Below, in pieces: positions 52,261 through 61,764 of a DNA stretch of 64,000 nucleotides. The number at the start of each line of letters is the position of its first letter. Position 1 is the first letter of the stretch. The position numbers were made by a program, and so were the translations under genes. Source of the stretch: a virus (Duplodnaviria > Caudoviricetes); IMG/VR virus record IMGVR_UViG_3300021958_011541, positions 1 to 64,000 of that record; one strand, given 5' to 3'. The notes below the pieces were generated by a model. It worked only from the letters and a program-made list of their open reading frames with translations, had not been told where the DNA came from and did no database searches.

Positions 52261-53604
52261 TTATTGATTCCAATGGTTTCTGCCACTACCAATTTTAGAA
52301 GAATTAATCTTGTCTTTAATTTCTCGAAGTTGTTTGATTTCTTTCTCTAATTGAGTTTTTTTATTTTGTATATCTTGCTGAATTGAAGATAATTCTCCAT
52401 CTATTTTAGATTTTAGTTTTTGATTTTCTTGGGAAAGAATTTTTTCTGATTTATTAATATATTTTTGATATTCTTGTTCCAACTTTAATATTTGAACTTC
52501 TGCTTCTGCAACTTGTTGTTCTAAGGCTGTGGCTTTTTTTATTTTTCCATAAGAAGTAGTTAAGGAATGTACAGATATAACAATAAGAATAACTGCCAAT
52601 GGATCAAAAACAAAAATTAAAGATATAATTACAAAGCGAACTGCTGTCCCTAGGGATACATCTTTATCAAAAAAGTCTCCTACTAATTCAACTATATATT
52701 TTACTGGTCCAACTTCTACTTCAAGTTCTCTCATTGAGTTTTCAAAATCAAACTTTTCTAGGGCTAATTCATCGATAATTGCTTGAGCTTCGTCTATTTT
52801 TTTCTGAGCTAAATCAGCATCTTCGCTTTTACCTGTTGTTCTTTCGATAATGGAGTTTTGTAACTCTTTGATTTTATCGGTGATTTCTTTTATATTATTT
52901 TGGTTATTATTTTTAATCGACTGTATTGAATCTTCTGCTCCTGATATTTTTTTATTTAATCCTTCTATAATGGGAGCCTGTCTGATTTGTTCTGCTTCTA
53001 TTTTCTTTTTATTATTAGAGAATAAACCAGATTTTTTTTCTAAATCAGATATAATTTGATTAAGTTGTTGTATTTCTGTTTTCCATCTATTTATATTTGA
53101 TTCTTCTTGAGCAATAGATTCTTTTGCTATTGTATTTAATTTTGATATTCTTTCTTCTTCTTGTTTAATGAAAACTGTAATTTTATCCGTGGTATTTACT
53201 GATTGGTCTCTTCGAGAATCAATAATTTTTTGAGCTTCAGCGATAATAAATTGTTGCCTTTCGATTTTATTTTCTATTTGAGTTAATTTAGCAGCTTCTT
53301 TGTTTGTTTGCGCTTCGTGAATAACGTAAGACTTACTTAGAAAGCCGAAAATTCCCATGCTGGTTATAAACATTAATATAACTACGGCAATACATAAATA
53401 TGTTTTTACTAGCTTAGCTAACGAATTCCAATGGCCGTGAAGCCATAAAGCTGCAATAATTTTTCCTAGCTCTAGTACTCCACCCATGAGTATGATTGCC
53501 CCTTCTGCACCAGGGAACATGGTTGCTAAACCAATTATACTAAAATATGCTGCCGTTATAGATATACTTAAGGCAGTAATTGCTGTTAATATAGATAAAA
53601 CCAT
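52261..53604 (-). CDS. Membrane-anchored coiled-coil protein
   Basis: Three N-terminal TM helices (AAYFSIIGLA, ELGKII, FITSMGIFGFLSK), long coiled coil, EVGPVKY, IFVFDPLAV. Confidence 0.8.
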   Translation of the reverse strand: MVLSILTAITALSISITAAYFSIIGLATMFPGAEGAIILMGGVLELGKIIAALWLHGHWNSLAKLVKTYLCIAVVILMFITSMGIFGFLSKSYVIHEAQTNKEAAKLTQIENKIERQQFIIAEAQKIIDSRRDQSVNTTDKITVFIKQEEERISKLNTIAKESIAQEESNINRWKTEIQQLNQIISDLEKKSGLFSNNKKKIEAEQIRQAPIIEGLNKKISGAEDSIQSIKNNNQNNIKEITDKIKELQNSIIERTTGKSEDADLAQKKIDEAQAIIDELALEKFDFENSMRELEVEVGPVKYIVELVGDFFDKDVSLGTAVRFVIISLIFVFDPLAVILIVISVHSLTTSYGKIKKATALEQQVAEAEVQILKLEQEYQKYINKSEKILSQENQKLKSKIDGELSSIQQDIQNKKTQLEKEIKQLREIKDKINSSKIGSGRNHWNQ

Positions 53605-53624
53605 AGGTTTAGTATTACACTAAA

Positions 53625-54029
53625 CTAAAGAAAAAGAGTATTATCTGGAGTCTCGAATTTTTCTGGTCTATCATAATCATCTTCTATGCGTATGATATCA
53701 TCTTCACCAAAATAGCTTCCTGTTTGAACTTCAATAAAAATCAAGTCTTTTTTAGGGTCTTTGTTTTCTACCCTATGCTTTGCTTTAAGAGGGATTAAAG
53801 CTGTTGATCCAGTTTGATAATCTTTTATCTCATCATTTAAAGTAATTGTTGCAGTCCCTTGGATAATTGTCCAGGCTTCTTGACGCTTGAAGTGATATTG
53901 ATAACTTAGTCTTTGTTGAGGTTTTACGATAATTCTTTTTACTTTACAAGTTTCAGATTCGTAAAGCACTTCATATCTGCCCCAAGGTCTTATAGGGCCA
54001 ATTGGGTTAGATGTATCTATGATTGCCAT
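53625..54029 (-). CDS. Cupin, mannose-6-phosphate isomerase type II C-terminal-like
   Basis: RPWGRY, LSYQYHFKRQEAW, EVQTGSYFGEDDIIR. Confidence 0.88.
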   Translation of the reverse strand: MAIIDTSNPIGPIRPWGRYEVLYESETCKVKRIIVKPQQRLSYQYHFKRQEAWTIIQGTATITLNDEIKDYQTGSTALIPLKAKHRVENKDPKKDLIFIEVQTGSYFGEDDIIRIEDDYDRPEKFETPDNTLFL

Positions 54030-54979
54030 AATTGGAGAGCGTGTTGATAAGTTTTTAATAAGGCTTCTTCTAGAGAATATTTTTGTTTGAAGCCGAGGTT
54101 CTTAATTAAAGTATTATCCATCTTCTTTCTCATTGTTCCATCTGGTTTGGAGCTATCAAATTTTAAATAACCCTCATAACCTATAACTTTACATATAATT
54201 TCAGCCAATTCTTTAATTGATACTTCGTCATCAGACCCTATGTTAATATGACTAATATTTTGACTGTATATATCTTTTGCTTCAACATTAGTTATGCAGG
54301 TTTCAACTGCTCTCGCTAAATCTTGAACGTATAAAAATTCTCTAAGAGGTTTGCCTGAACCCCATACCTCAACAAACTCAGAATTTTGCTCTTTAGCTTC
54401 ATGGACTTTTCTTATTAATGCTGGTAGAACATGAGATGTTTCCAAGTCGAAATTATCATTTTCACCAAAAAGATTACAAGGCATTATAGAGTAAAAATTA
54501 CTATTGTATTGATCATAATAGCTTTCACACATTTTGAGTCCAGCGATTTTTGCTATCGCATAAGGTTCATTAGTATATTCTAAAGATGAAGTAAGTAGAT
54601 ATTCCTCTTTAATGGGTTGTGGGCAAGATTTAGGGTATATGCAAGATGAACCTAGAAAGATTAATTTTTCTACTCCTTGGCAGTGGGCTGCATGAATTAA
54701 ATTTGAAGCAATAGATAAATTATCATATAAGAATTGGCCTCTGTATGTATTATTCGCTAAAATTCCACCAACCTTGGCAGCGCAAATTATAACAACTTCA
54801 GGTCTTTCATGAACCATAAAATCATTAACTTTCTGTTGGCTTCTTAAGTCTACTGAATGCCTATCACTTACAATGAGTTTTTTGTAACCTTGATCGAATA
54901 GCCTGTCTACCACTGCAGAACCAACCATTCCGTTGTGACCAGCGATGTATATTTTTTTATCTAAGTAATTTGATGTCAT
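54017..54979 (-). CDS. fcl: GDP-L-fucose synthase
   Basis: AGHNGMVGSA, AAKVGGI, LGSSCIYP, YAIAK, PCNLFG, HVLPAL. Confidence 0.95.
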   Translation of the reverse strand: MTSNYLDKKIYIAGHNGMVGSAVVDRLFDQGYKKLIVSDRHSVDLRSQQKVNDFMVHERPEVVIICAAKVGGILANNTYRGQFLYDNLSIASNLIHAAHCQGVEKLIFLGSSCIYPKSCPQPIKEEYLLTSSLEYTNEPYAIAKIAGLKMCESYYDQYNSNFYSIMPCNLFGENDNFDLETSHVLPALIRKVHEAKEQNSEFVEVWGSGKPLREFLYVQDLARAVETCITNVEAKDIYSQNISHINIGSDDEVSIKELAEIICKVIGYEGYLKFDSSKPDGTMRKKMDNTLIKNLGFKQKYSLEEALLKTYQHALQLWQS

Positions 54980-56018
54980 TCTCTACCATTTTTTGAACCA
55001 AGCCCATAAAGTTTACATCTCTTTTCCAGCCAAGCTCTTTCTCAGCTTTGGTTGGATCTCCCAAGAGTTGATGAACTTCTGCAGGTCTATAATATTTTGG
55101 GTCAACCGATACTATTAATTTGCCATCATTGGTATAAAATTTTTCCTCACTTCCAGAACCTTCTCTTTTATAACTTATTTCTGCGAAAAATAAAGCGTGT
55201 TGCACGAATTCTCTAACAGTATGCATTTCTCCACTAGCCAAAACATATTCTTTTGGTTCTTTGTTATTAACCATTAACCAAACTCCAGCCATAAAGTCTT
55301 CCGCATCAGTCCAGTCTCTTTGGGCATCTAGATTTCCTAACTTTAGTACGGGAGGCTCCTTGCCGTTTTCAAGAGCTATTTTTATTTTTGCTACTCCATT
55401 AGAGATTTTTCTCGTTACGAAATCCAAACCTCTTCTTACTCCTTCATGGTTGAATAGCCAGCCTTGTACTGCAAATAAATTATAAGACTCTCTGTATACT
55501 CTAACCAAATGTCTTGCCGCACATTTAGCTGCTCCATAAGGAGACTGAGGTCTTAGTGGGTGTTCTTCTGATTGAGGCGAAGTTACAATATCTCCAAATT
55601 CTTCCGAGGATCCAGCATTATAGAACTTACATTTTGGCGCAAACCTCCTTATGGACTCTAGGATATGTAGTACAGCATTAGCATCCGTATCCCAAGTTTG
55701 TATAGGGTATTTCCAGCTTCCAGCTACAAATGATTGTGCTGCAAAATTTAAAAAGTAATCTGGTTGTATATCTATTATAACATCTCTAATACTGTGAGCG
55801 TCATTTAAATCCATATCTATTAAAGTAAAATTAGGATCGCTCTCTAAGTGTAAAATGTTTTCGTGATTTTTAACACTCAGTCTTCTAACCGCTCCATGAA
55901 GCATAAAACTATCTTGACCCAGATCCTCTCTTAAAAATTTAAGAAGATAATCTGCCATATGACTTCCGTCTTGACCTGTAACGCCAGTTATAATAATATT
56001 TTTTACTTTTTTAACCAT
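54957..56018 (-). CDS. gmd: GDP-mannose 4,6-dehydratase
   Basis: TGVTGQDGS, AAQSFV, SSEEFG, SPYGAAK, FNHE, FVTRKI, LGNLDAQRDW. Confidence 0.95.
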   Translation of the reverse strand: MVKKVKNIIITGVTGQDGSHMADYLLKFLREDLGQDSFMLHGAVRRLSVKNHENILHLESDPNFTLIDMDLNDAHSIRDVIIDIQPDYFLNFAAQSFVAGSWKYPIQTWDTDANAVLHILESIRRFAPKCKFYNAGSSEEFGDIVTSPQSEEHPLRPQSPYGAAKCAARHLVRVYRESYNLFAVQGWLFNHEGVRRGLDFVTRKISNGVAKIKIALENGKEPPVLKLGNLDAQRDWTDAEDFMAGVWLMVNNKEPKEYVLASGEMHTVREFVQHALFFAEISYKREGSGSEEKFYTNDGKLIVSVDPKYYRPAEVHQLLGDPTKAEKELGWKRDVNFMGLVQKMVENDIKLLR

Positions 56019-56680
56019 GTGTTTTTGTGATTTAAATATTGGTAGGGATCTTTTGATGTTTTATTTATAATAGGGGTTGTTTTATAAAAATTAAAAAAAT
56101 TTTTAAATTTACTATTAATCATTTCTTCAAAAGATACGACCAATGGTTTTATTACACCAGAATATAGGTTTCCGTCTTTGATGATTGAATCTCTTGATCG
56201 TATATAAAATATATTATTCTCTAAAACACAGGGTTCTAATAAGGGTTCTTCTCTGTAATTTATTGAAAAATTGTAGGGTTGATTATTTTTCCATAAAGGA
56301 AAATCGCAAGAGTTGATACAAGAAAAGCTAGAATCAAATTTTTTTAAAGAAGCTTCGTGCGAATATTGCATTATGGTTGACTGCTCTAAGTTAGGGTAGT
56401 CTGGGTTGATGAAAAAACCGTAAGAGAAAAGATATTTTTTTGCCGCAATACTCATCCACCCGCTTAACTTTTTTTGCTCTTCAAAAATACATTCAATAGA
56501 ATATTTTCTTGCTTCTAGTTTTGCGTGATTGCAATTTGTTAATAAAACTATTTTTGAGAAATCGCACTTCCTTACTTTATTTATGCAAATTTCTAAAAGA
56601 GATTCTCCTTGGAAGCTTTCAATTGATGAAGAAATTTCACTTTCCTTGTCTTTTATAACGTATATAAAACAGATTTTCAT
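56003..56680 (-). CDS. Degenerate NeuA-like acylneuraminate cytidylyltransferase
   Basis: Overall layout (G..LL, DSSFSC, EN..FYI, Y.G) retained, but no PAR.GSKG..KN motif. Confidence 0.5.
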   Translation of the reverse strand: MKICFIYVIKDKESEISSSIESFQGESLLEICINKVRKCDFSKIVLLTNCNHAKLEARKYSIECIFEEQKKLSGWMSIAAKKYLFSYGFFINPDYPNLEQSTIMQYSHEASLKKFDSSFSCINSCDFPLWKNNQPYNFSINYREEPLLEPCVLENNIFYIRSRDSIIKDGNLYSGVIKPLVVSFEEMINSKFKNFFNFYKTTPIINKTSKDPYQYLNHKNTWLKK

Positions 56681-56736
56681 ACTTTGTTTGAGTTTATTGG
56701 TTAATCGAATCCTTTATAATGTTTTACTTGAGTTCA

Positions 56737-57405
56737 TTAGACTGTGTGTCTGTGCCAAGTATTTATATTAAATGAAGGATTTAGTAAATCGTTCATTTTC
56801 TTTGCTTCATTATTAACATATACTGCATCGAATTGTGACATCATATTTTCAATATAACAGATGTCATTAATGTGAAATAAACTGAAATTATTATCAGTAA
56901 GAATATTATTTATTTGTGTGAATCGCCCTATAAAGCATTCAATTATAACGAAGCAAAATTTATCTAAATTATTCAGGCCACTATTAAGGATGTTGATTTC
57001 TTCTCCATCTACATCAATTTTCAGTAATGACCACTTATTTATATTAAATTCCTCGCATAATCTGTCTAAGGTTTTAGTCTTAACTTTTATTTGAGACTTT
57101 TCTGTGCTAATATGGTTGTGTGTTGAGATTTCGCTTCCCCAGTGGTATTCCTCATGTAAATACATTTCTCCATTATAATTCGTGCAGGCAGAATTATCCA
57201 AAGTATAATCAATTCCTTTGTAATTAGACTCAATTAATTTATTATACGACTTTTGTGGCTCGATTAATATTTGCTTTTTATCTTTAAAAAATTTCCTTAA
57301 TACATGGGTTTGTGATTGGACTCCAATGTCTAAAACTTGCGAAATGTTAATATCTAGCGAGGTAATAAAATCGCAAGAAAATGAAGAAGTGGGATTTGGT
57401 TTCAT
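56737..57405 (-). CDS. FkbM-family methyltransferase
   Basis: VLDIG, LIEP, TLD, LLKIDVDGEE. Confidence 0.85.
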   Translation of the reverse strand: MKPNPTSSFSCDFITSLDINISQVLDIGVQSQTHVLRKFFKDKKQILIEPQKSYNKLIESNYKGIDYTLDNSACTNYNGEMYLHEEYHWGSEISTHNHISTEKSQIKVKTKTLDRLCEEFNINKWSLLKIDVDGEEINILNSGLNNLDKFCFVIIECFIGRFTQINNILTDNNFSLFHINDICYIENMMSQFDAVYVNNEAKKMNDLLNPSFNINTWHRHTV

Positions 57406-57420
57406 ATTATTTCCTAAGTC

Positions 57421-58095
57421 TTAAATAAGTATCTTGGGAGGCAGCTTTTTCCATGATACTTCGTAGTGGTGAATGCAGTAAGTATTTTCATTTTGATCAA
57501 TAAATAAGTCTTCTCCATGTGCTTGCTCGTTATACCAGTTTGGTATGCCAGGAGAAAAAAATTCATGCGTATATATATTTATGTCTTCAATTTTTTGATT
57601 CTTGTATTCATTTAAACCCATTTCCTTTAAGACATCTGTTGTGATTCTTGGGCTGGAAAGGTTAGCTTCTTCTGTTCCGTCATATTGTCTTTGAATTTCT
57701 TTAAACATTTTTTCCATAAATGGAAATCCTTTTACAGATCCCATGGTTGCATTATTTACCCATTGTTTTGATATTATTCTTTTGCTCTGAAAGCCTATAA
57801 AGCATTTATGTTCCAGTAGTGGGCTGAACGTTTTAATTGCCTCAATATCTGTATCTAGGTAAATACCTCCCTCGCGAGACAAGGCGTAATACCTTGTTAG
57901 GTTTGCGGCGTTGGCGTATTTTTTATTTTTAAGGGCTGTTTGCAAATAAGGTATATTTGTTGGAGAGTTACTCTCGTTCCATTCTTTAATGGTGAAATCT
58001 GGCATTATTTCTGTCCAGCTGTTTATGCATTTTTTTATTAAGTCTGACTTTTCTGCTTGCCCGTACCAGCAGTAATGTATTGTTTTGGGTATCAT
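57421..58095 (-). CDS. GT32 glycosyltransferase
   Basis: MIPKTIHYCWYG, R..AL...GGIYLDTD, HHY..SW. Confidence 0.9.
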   Translation of the reverse strand: MIPKTIHYCWYGQAEKSDLIKKCINSWTEIMPDFTIKEWNESNSPTNIPYLQTALKNKKYANAANLTRYYALSREGGIYLDTDIEAIKTFSPLLEHKCFIGFQSKRIISKQWVNNATMGSVKGFPFMEKMFKEIQRQYDGTEEANLSSPRITTDVLKEMGLNEYKNQKIEDINIYTHEFFSPGIPNWYNEQAHGEDLFIDQNENTYCIHHYEVSWKKLPPKILI

Positions 58096-58763
58096 GTCTG
58101 TACTGTAAATTTTTCGCTATTTTCTTTTATGCAGCATTTTTGTTTTGGACAGTTTTCGTATCTTTTTTTATCGAGATGAGGGTTGTGGTATATAAAAAGC
58201 TCATCTTTATTCATTTCTAATATTTTCTTTTTTAGACCCGAGTCTTCGAGCCTTAGGTAGCAGTCTCTATCGTCATACCCGTAATTTTCTATTGCTTCAT
58301 TCCAGCCTCCAATTTTATTTAAGTCATCTTTCCTTACATACAAAAATCCATTAAGGAATCTCATAAAACCTGCGCCGTTATCAATTGAGTTTAAGGGGAA
58401 CCACTCTGCATTAATAAATTCTCCTTTCTTTAGTTCAAGGTAATCAAATATATTAAAATATGGGTTAAGAATATAGTCTGCGTCAAGCTTCATTATTATT
58501 TCATTGCTTGCGTTATGTAGGGCTAGGTTGTAGGCTTTGGTTAGTCTCCATTTTTTTTTACCATTAACCCTTATTATTTTTATTCTTTGATCTAACTTTT
58601 CGAGATCTGGGATAGGGGGAGTTGATGACCAGTCTACTATGATAAATTCATCTATATTTTTGTTTTGTATCCAAGAATGTATTGAAACTTTTAATATCTC
58701 TGTTCTGTTCATGACCGCACAGATTGCTGAGACTTTATCTCTAGACTGAATGCTAGTGGTCAT
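58092..58763 (-). CDS. GT2/GT7C-like glycosyltransferase
   Basis: IVDWSS, MKLDAD, GGWNE..YGYDD. Confidence 0.8.
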   Translation of the reverse strand: MTTSIQSRDKVSAICAVMNRTEILKVSIHSWIQNKNIDEFIIVDWSSTPPIPDLEKLDQRIKIIRVNGKKKWRLTKAYNLALHNASNEIIMKLDADYILNPYFNIFDYLELKKGEFINAEWFPLNSIDNGAGFMRFLNGFLYVRKDDLNKIGGWNEAIENYGYDDRDCYLRLEDSGLKKKILEMNKDELFIYHNPHLDKKRYENCPKQKCCIKENSEKFTVQT

Positions 58764-58768
58764 GTTTT

Positions 58769-59323
58769 TTATTTCTGTATGACGTATATTTCTGAATTAA
58801 AATCAGTCGCCTGCTTTCCTAGACTCCAATGTTTATTTAAGTAATCTGTTGCAGCCATATAATCAGGATGGTTGTAATCGTGAACTAATATAGCTCCTCC
58901 TTTTTCTAATCTTGGCCATAAGTTTTCTAAGCAAAGTTTCGTATTATCTAAGGAATGATCATGGTCTATAAAAATATAAGAATATGTTTGTTTTAAATGA
59001 TGCTTCTGTGCGAAGAATTTTCCGCAAGCCATGTTGTAAAAAGAGAGTGTTTTTTCAAAGCCATTATTTTTGATGTTTGGTAAAAATGTTTCATAATTAT
59101 TTATATCTACTGAATGCATTTGTTTTTTTCCTTGAGTACTTTCTAGAGCGCAGAGGGTTGAAGCTCCTTGGTAACACCCTATTTCAAGTAGATCCCCTTT
59201 TAATTCTAGTGATGATTTACTCCAATGAATTAAGGTATCTATATCTCCTTGAGATAGTAAAATATTTGGGGCGGTTTTGTGACAAGTTGGTAATAATTTA
59301 TTTGATAGATTTTCTATTTTCAT
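58769..59323 (-). CDS. Class I SAM methyltransferase (Methyltransf_24-like)
   Basis: LEIGCYQGAST, IFIDHDH, GGAILVHDY. Confidence 0.85.
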   Translation of the reverse strand: MKIENLSNKLLPTCHKTAPNILLSQGDIDTLIHWSKSSLELKGDLLEIGCYQGASTLCALESTQGKKQMHSVDINNYETFLPNIKNNGFEKTLSFYNMACGKFFAQKHHLKQTYSYIFIDHDHSLDNTKLCLENLWPRLEKGGAILVHDYNHPDYMAATDYLNKHWSLGKQATDFNSEIYVIQK

Positions 59324-59328
59324 TTATC

Positions 59329-60303
59329 TTATTGGTTAGGTTTAGTATTTTTCTTAAAAATTTTAATAACATCTTCTTGGTACATTCCTACCCTCATCTT
59401 TTCGAAAAAATTATCATGAAAAAATTTCGATGGATCAATATCGGAGATTCCAAATGTTCTTAATACGCAACCTAAAACACTGATAAATTTACCCCTGAAT
59501 ACTCCCATTTTTTTAATATGTTCTTCTCTTATTAATTCTGGGTCTAATTTTTTTTCAATTATTTGTTTGACAGCTTTAATTACGTCTTCTTGATTAGGTT
59601 CAGTTATTATACTATTGTTTGAATTATACCATAATTGCCTGCCTCCTTTCGATTGAGTTGATACAACTGGCACTCCGCAAAGCAAGTATTCTGCAGAACA
59701 AAAAGATGCCCCTTCTTCTTCTGATAGACAAAGTCCGCAATGGCTTTCGTTTATAATATTAATAACTTCTTCTCTATTAAGATTTTTGAAAGGGTCATTT
59801 AAACTTTTGGGTAATTCTACCTTTGGATTGTTGTGGTTATGCCCTCCAGCTGCCAAGGCTAATTTTTCTAGACCTGATGCTAGATAATGCCTCTTAAATT
59901 CTGAGGGCCTTGCGATATATAAAGCGTCATATTTTTTTTCAGATTGAATGATTTTGAATTTTGATTCATCCATCCAGGCTGCCTGGGGAATTAAATCTCC
60001 GTTAAAACCTGCGTCGCTACCATAAGCCATTTCGTCTAAGTCGTTATAAAGTATGAAGAAATGTTTTTGATTAATTCCTAATTCACTCAGAACTCTTTTA
60101 TTGGTTTGAGCTATATATTCACTCATATTCCAGCCAGATAGAACAAAAAAGAAGTCCGTATCCTTTATTGAATCTTTGACTTGTTTTAACCAATTATAAT
60201 TATGAAAGATATTTTCAATTATAAAAATCCTACATTCTGGCCTATCTAAATATAGGCGGAATGGGAATGCATTTCCTGGCCAGGTATAAAAACTTTCTTT
60301 CAT
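59329..60303 (-). CDS. GT4-like glycosyltransferase
   Basis: GLCLSEEEGASFCSAEYLLCGVPVVST. Confidence 0.75.
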   Translation of the reverse strand: MKESFYTWPGNAFPFRLYLDRPECRIFIIENIFHNYNWLKQVKDSIKDTDFFFVLSGWNMSEYIAQTNKRVLSELGINQKHFFILYNDLDEMAYGSDAGFNGDLIPQAAWMDESKFKIIQSEKKYDALYIARPSEFKRHYLASGLEKLALAAGGHNHNNPKVELPKSLNDPFKNLNREEVINIINESHCGLCLSEEEGASFCSAEYLLCGVPVVSTQSKGGRQLWYNSNNSIITEPNQEDVIKAVKQIIEKKLDPELIREEHIKKMGVFRGKFISVLGCVLRTFGISDIDPSKFFHDNFFEKMRVGMYQEDVIKIFKKNTKPNQ

Positions 60304-60327
60304 GAAGTTGGGTTATGAATAAAAAAA

Positions 60328-60852
60328 TTAATTAAGAGCTGTCCACCAATTATAATACGCTTCTGTATTTAATTTTAAATTTGTATGAGCGCTAAAAAAT
60401 TCATCAATAGCTTTAGTGCAACCTGTAAAATTACCATGTTTGTAATCATGTCCAGCAAGAACTTTATTGCATTTAGGGAACCAGGCTTCTAGTTCTGATT
60501 TAACCGAATCATAACTATGATCCGCATCTATATAAACCAAGTCAAAAGATTTATCTTTTAGTAATTCTGCTGCCTCTATTGAGTCTATTGTTAATTGAGT
60601 GAGGTTTTTGTATTTTTTGTGTAAATCAGGCCTGAGGTGATTTATGTCAATAGAATGCACTTCCATATCTGGAAAACGCTTAGCCATAAGTTCACTTAAG
60701 CCTCCTGACTGGGATCCAATCTCTACAACCGATTTAATGTTGTATTGTTCGATTAATTTAATTAATACTGGACCGCTTTGAGCATGTCCCCATCTATCTT
60801 TAGTTAACCCTAGAAATTCTAGGCAGTCTTGTTCTGTTTTAAGGTTATTCAT
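60328..60852 (-). CDS. Class I SAM methyltransferase (Methyltransf_24-like)
   Basis: VEIGSQSG, DLVYIDADHSY, LAGHDY. Confidence 0.85.
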   Translation of the reverse strand: MNNLKTEQDCLEFLGLTKDRWGHAQSGPVLIKLIEQYNIKSVVEIGSQSGGLSELMAKRFPDMEVHSIDINHLRPDLHKKYKNLTQLTIDSIEAAELLKDKSFDLVYIDADHSYDSVKSELEAWFPKCNKVLAGHDYKHGNFTGCTKAIDEFFSAHTNLKLNTEAYYNWWTALN

Positions 60853-60888
60853 AATGTTGTATATTATACTATAGAGTTTTAAAAAAAA

Positions 60889-61764
60889 TTATATTTTTTG
60901 TAAGTGTGGGTTGCCTTTTATTAAGGGAAAGGTCCAGCCTGCGGATTTTAATTTATTAATATGTTCTTGTGGAGGTTTATTTTTAAAACAAAAAACGCAA
61001 ACAAATTGACCTATATTAGTTGAGTGTCTATCGTGGAATTGTTTGATTAAATTTCTGATATGGGGTTCTGTTTTTTTGAATTCTTCTCCTCCTACATAAC
61101 CCCCGTTTTCGTTGATTATAAATTCAATCTCAAATAAGTTTCTATAGCAAATATTGGTATAACCTAAGGCGATAAAAGATTTTATTAATTCTTTGATTGA
61201 GAACGCAAATTTAAAATTCCCGCAAGACTCATAGGGTTCGTCTCCTATGCTGTAGCTATTGTCTTGCGGTTCTACTATATATATTCCCTCTTTGCAGACT
61301 CTTAGCATTTCATAGATTGCCATGTACGGCCTTGGTAAATGATGTAAGGATTCCTTTACGACAACATAGTCGAATGATTCGTTTTCGAATGATAGTTCTT
61401 CAGCGTCTTGCTTTGAATATTCGTCGATAAACCCTATGTCTTTTGCTGCTTTTAAGGCTTCTATTGATATATCCGCTGAGCACGATTTATGTCCTAAGGA
61501 ATTAAAAAAATGGCCTTCGCACCCACCTTTGCCATCCATGAGGTTTAGGATCTTGCTTTGAGGCAAGGACTTCCAAAATTCCTTGCAAGCATAAAAGGGA
61601 AATGTGTGCCTTAAATAGTTTGAGTTTTGACTATTCCACCACCAATTACTTGCTAAACTGCCAGACTCTAAAGCTTTATCAACCTTTGATTGGAAGTCTA
61701 GACTGTGATGCGATTCCTGTAGATTTTTTAATTTATCCGCTTGAGTGTTTAGTTTATTCTTCAT
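60889..61764 (-). CDS. Class I SAM methyltransferase (Methyltransf_11-like)
   Basis: DAEELSFENESFD, SLHHL, EMLRV. Confidence 0.8.
   Translation of the reverse strand: MKNKLNTQADKLKNLQESHHSLDFQSKVDKALESGSLASNWWWNSQNSNYLRHTFPFYACKEFWKSLPQSKILNLMDGKGGCEGHFFNSLGHKSCSADISIEALKAAKDIGFIDEYSKQDAEELSFENESFDYVVVKESLHHLPRPYMAIYEMLRVCKEGIYIVEPQDNSYSIGDEPYESCGNFKFAFSIKELIKSFIALGYTNICYRNLFEIEFIINENGGYVGGEEFKKTEPHIRNLIKQFHDRHSTNIGQFVCVFCFKNKPPQEHINKLKSAGWTFPLIKGNPHLQKI

Noticed and set aside
373-59463. Short ORF-track entries overlapping real genes on the opposite strand or in another frame (e.g. 373-612, 1756-2007, 13949-14329, 17134-17427, 22436-22708, 49582-49998, 59077-59463)
   Set aside because: Shadow ORFs of well-supported genes, with no motifs of their own.
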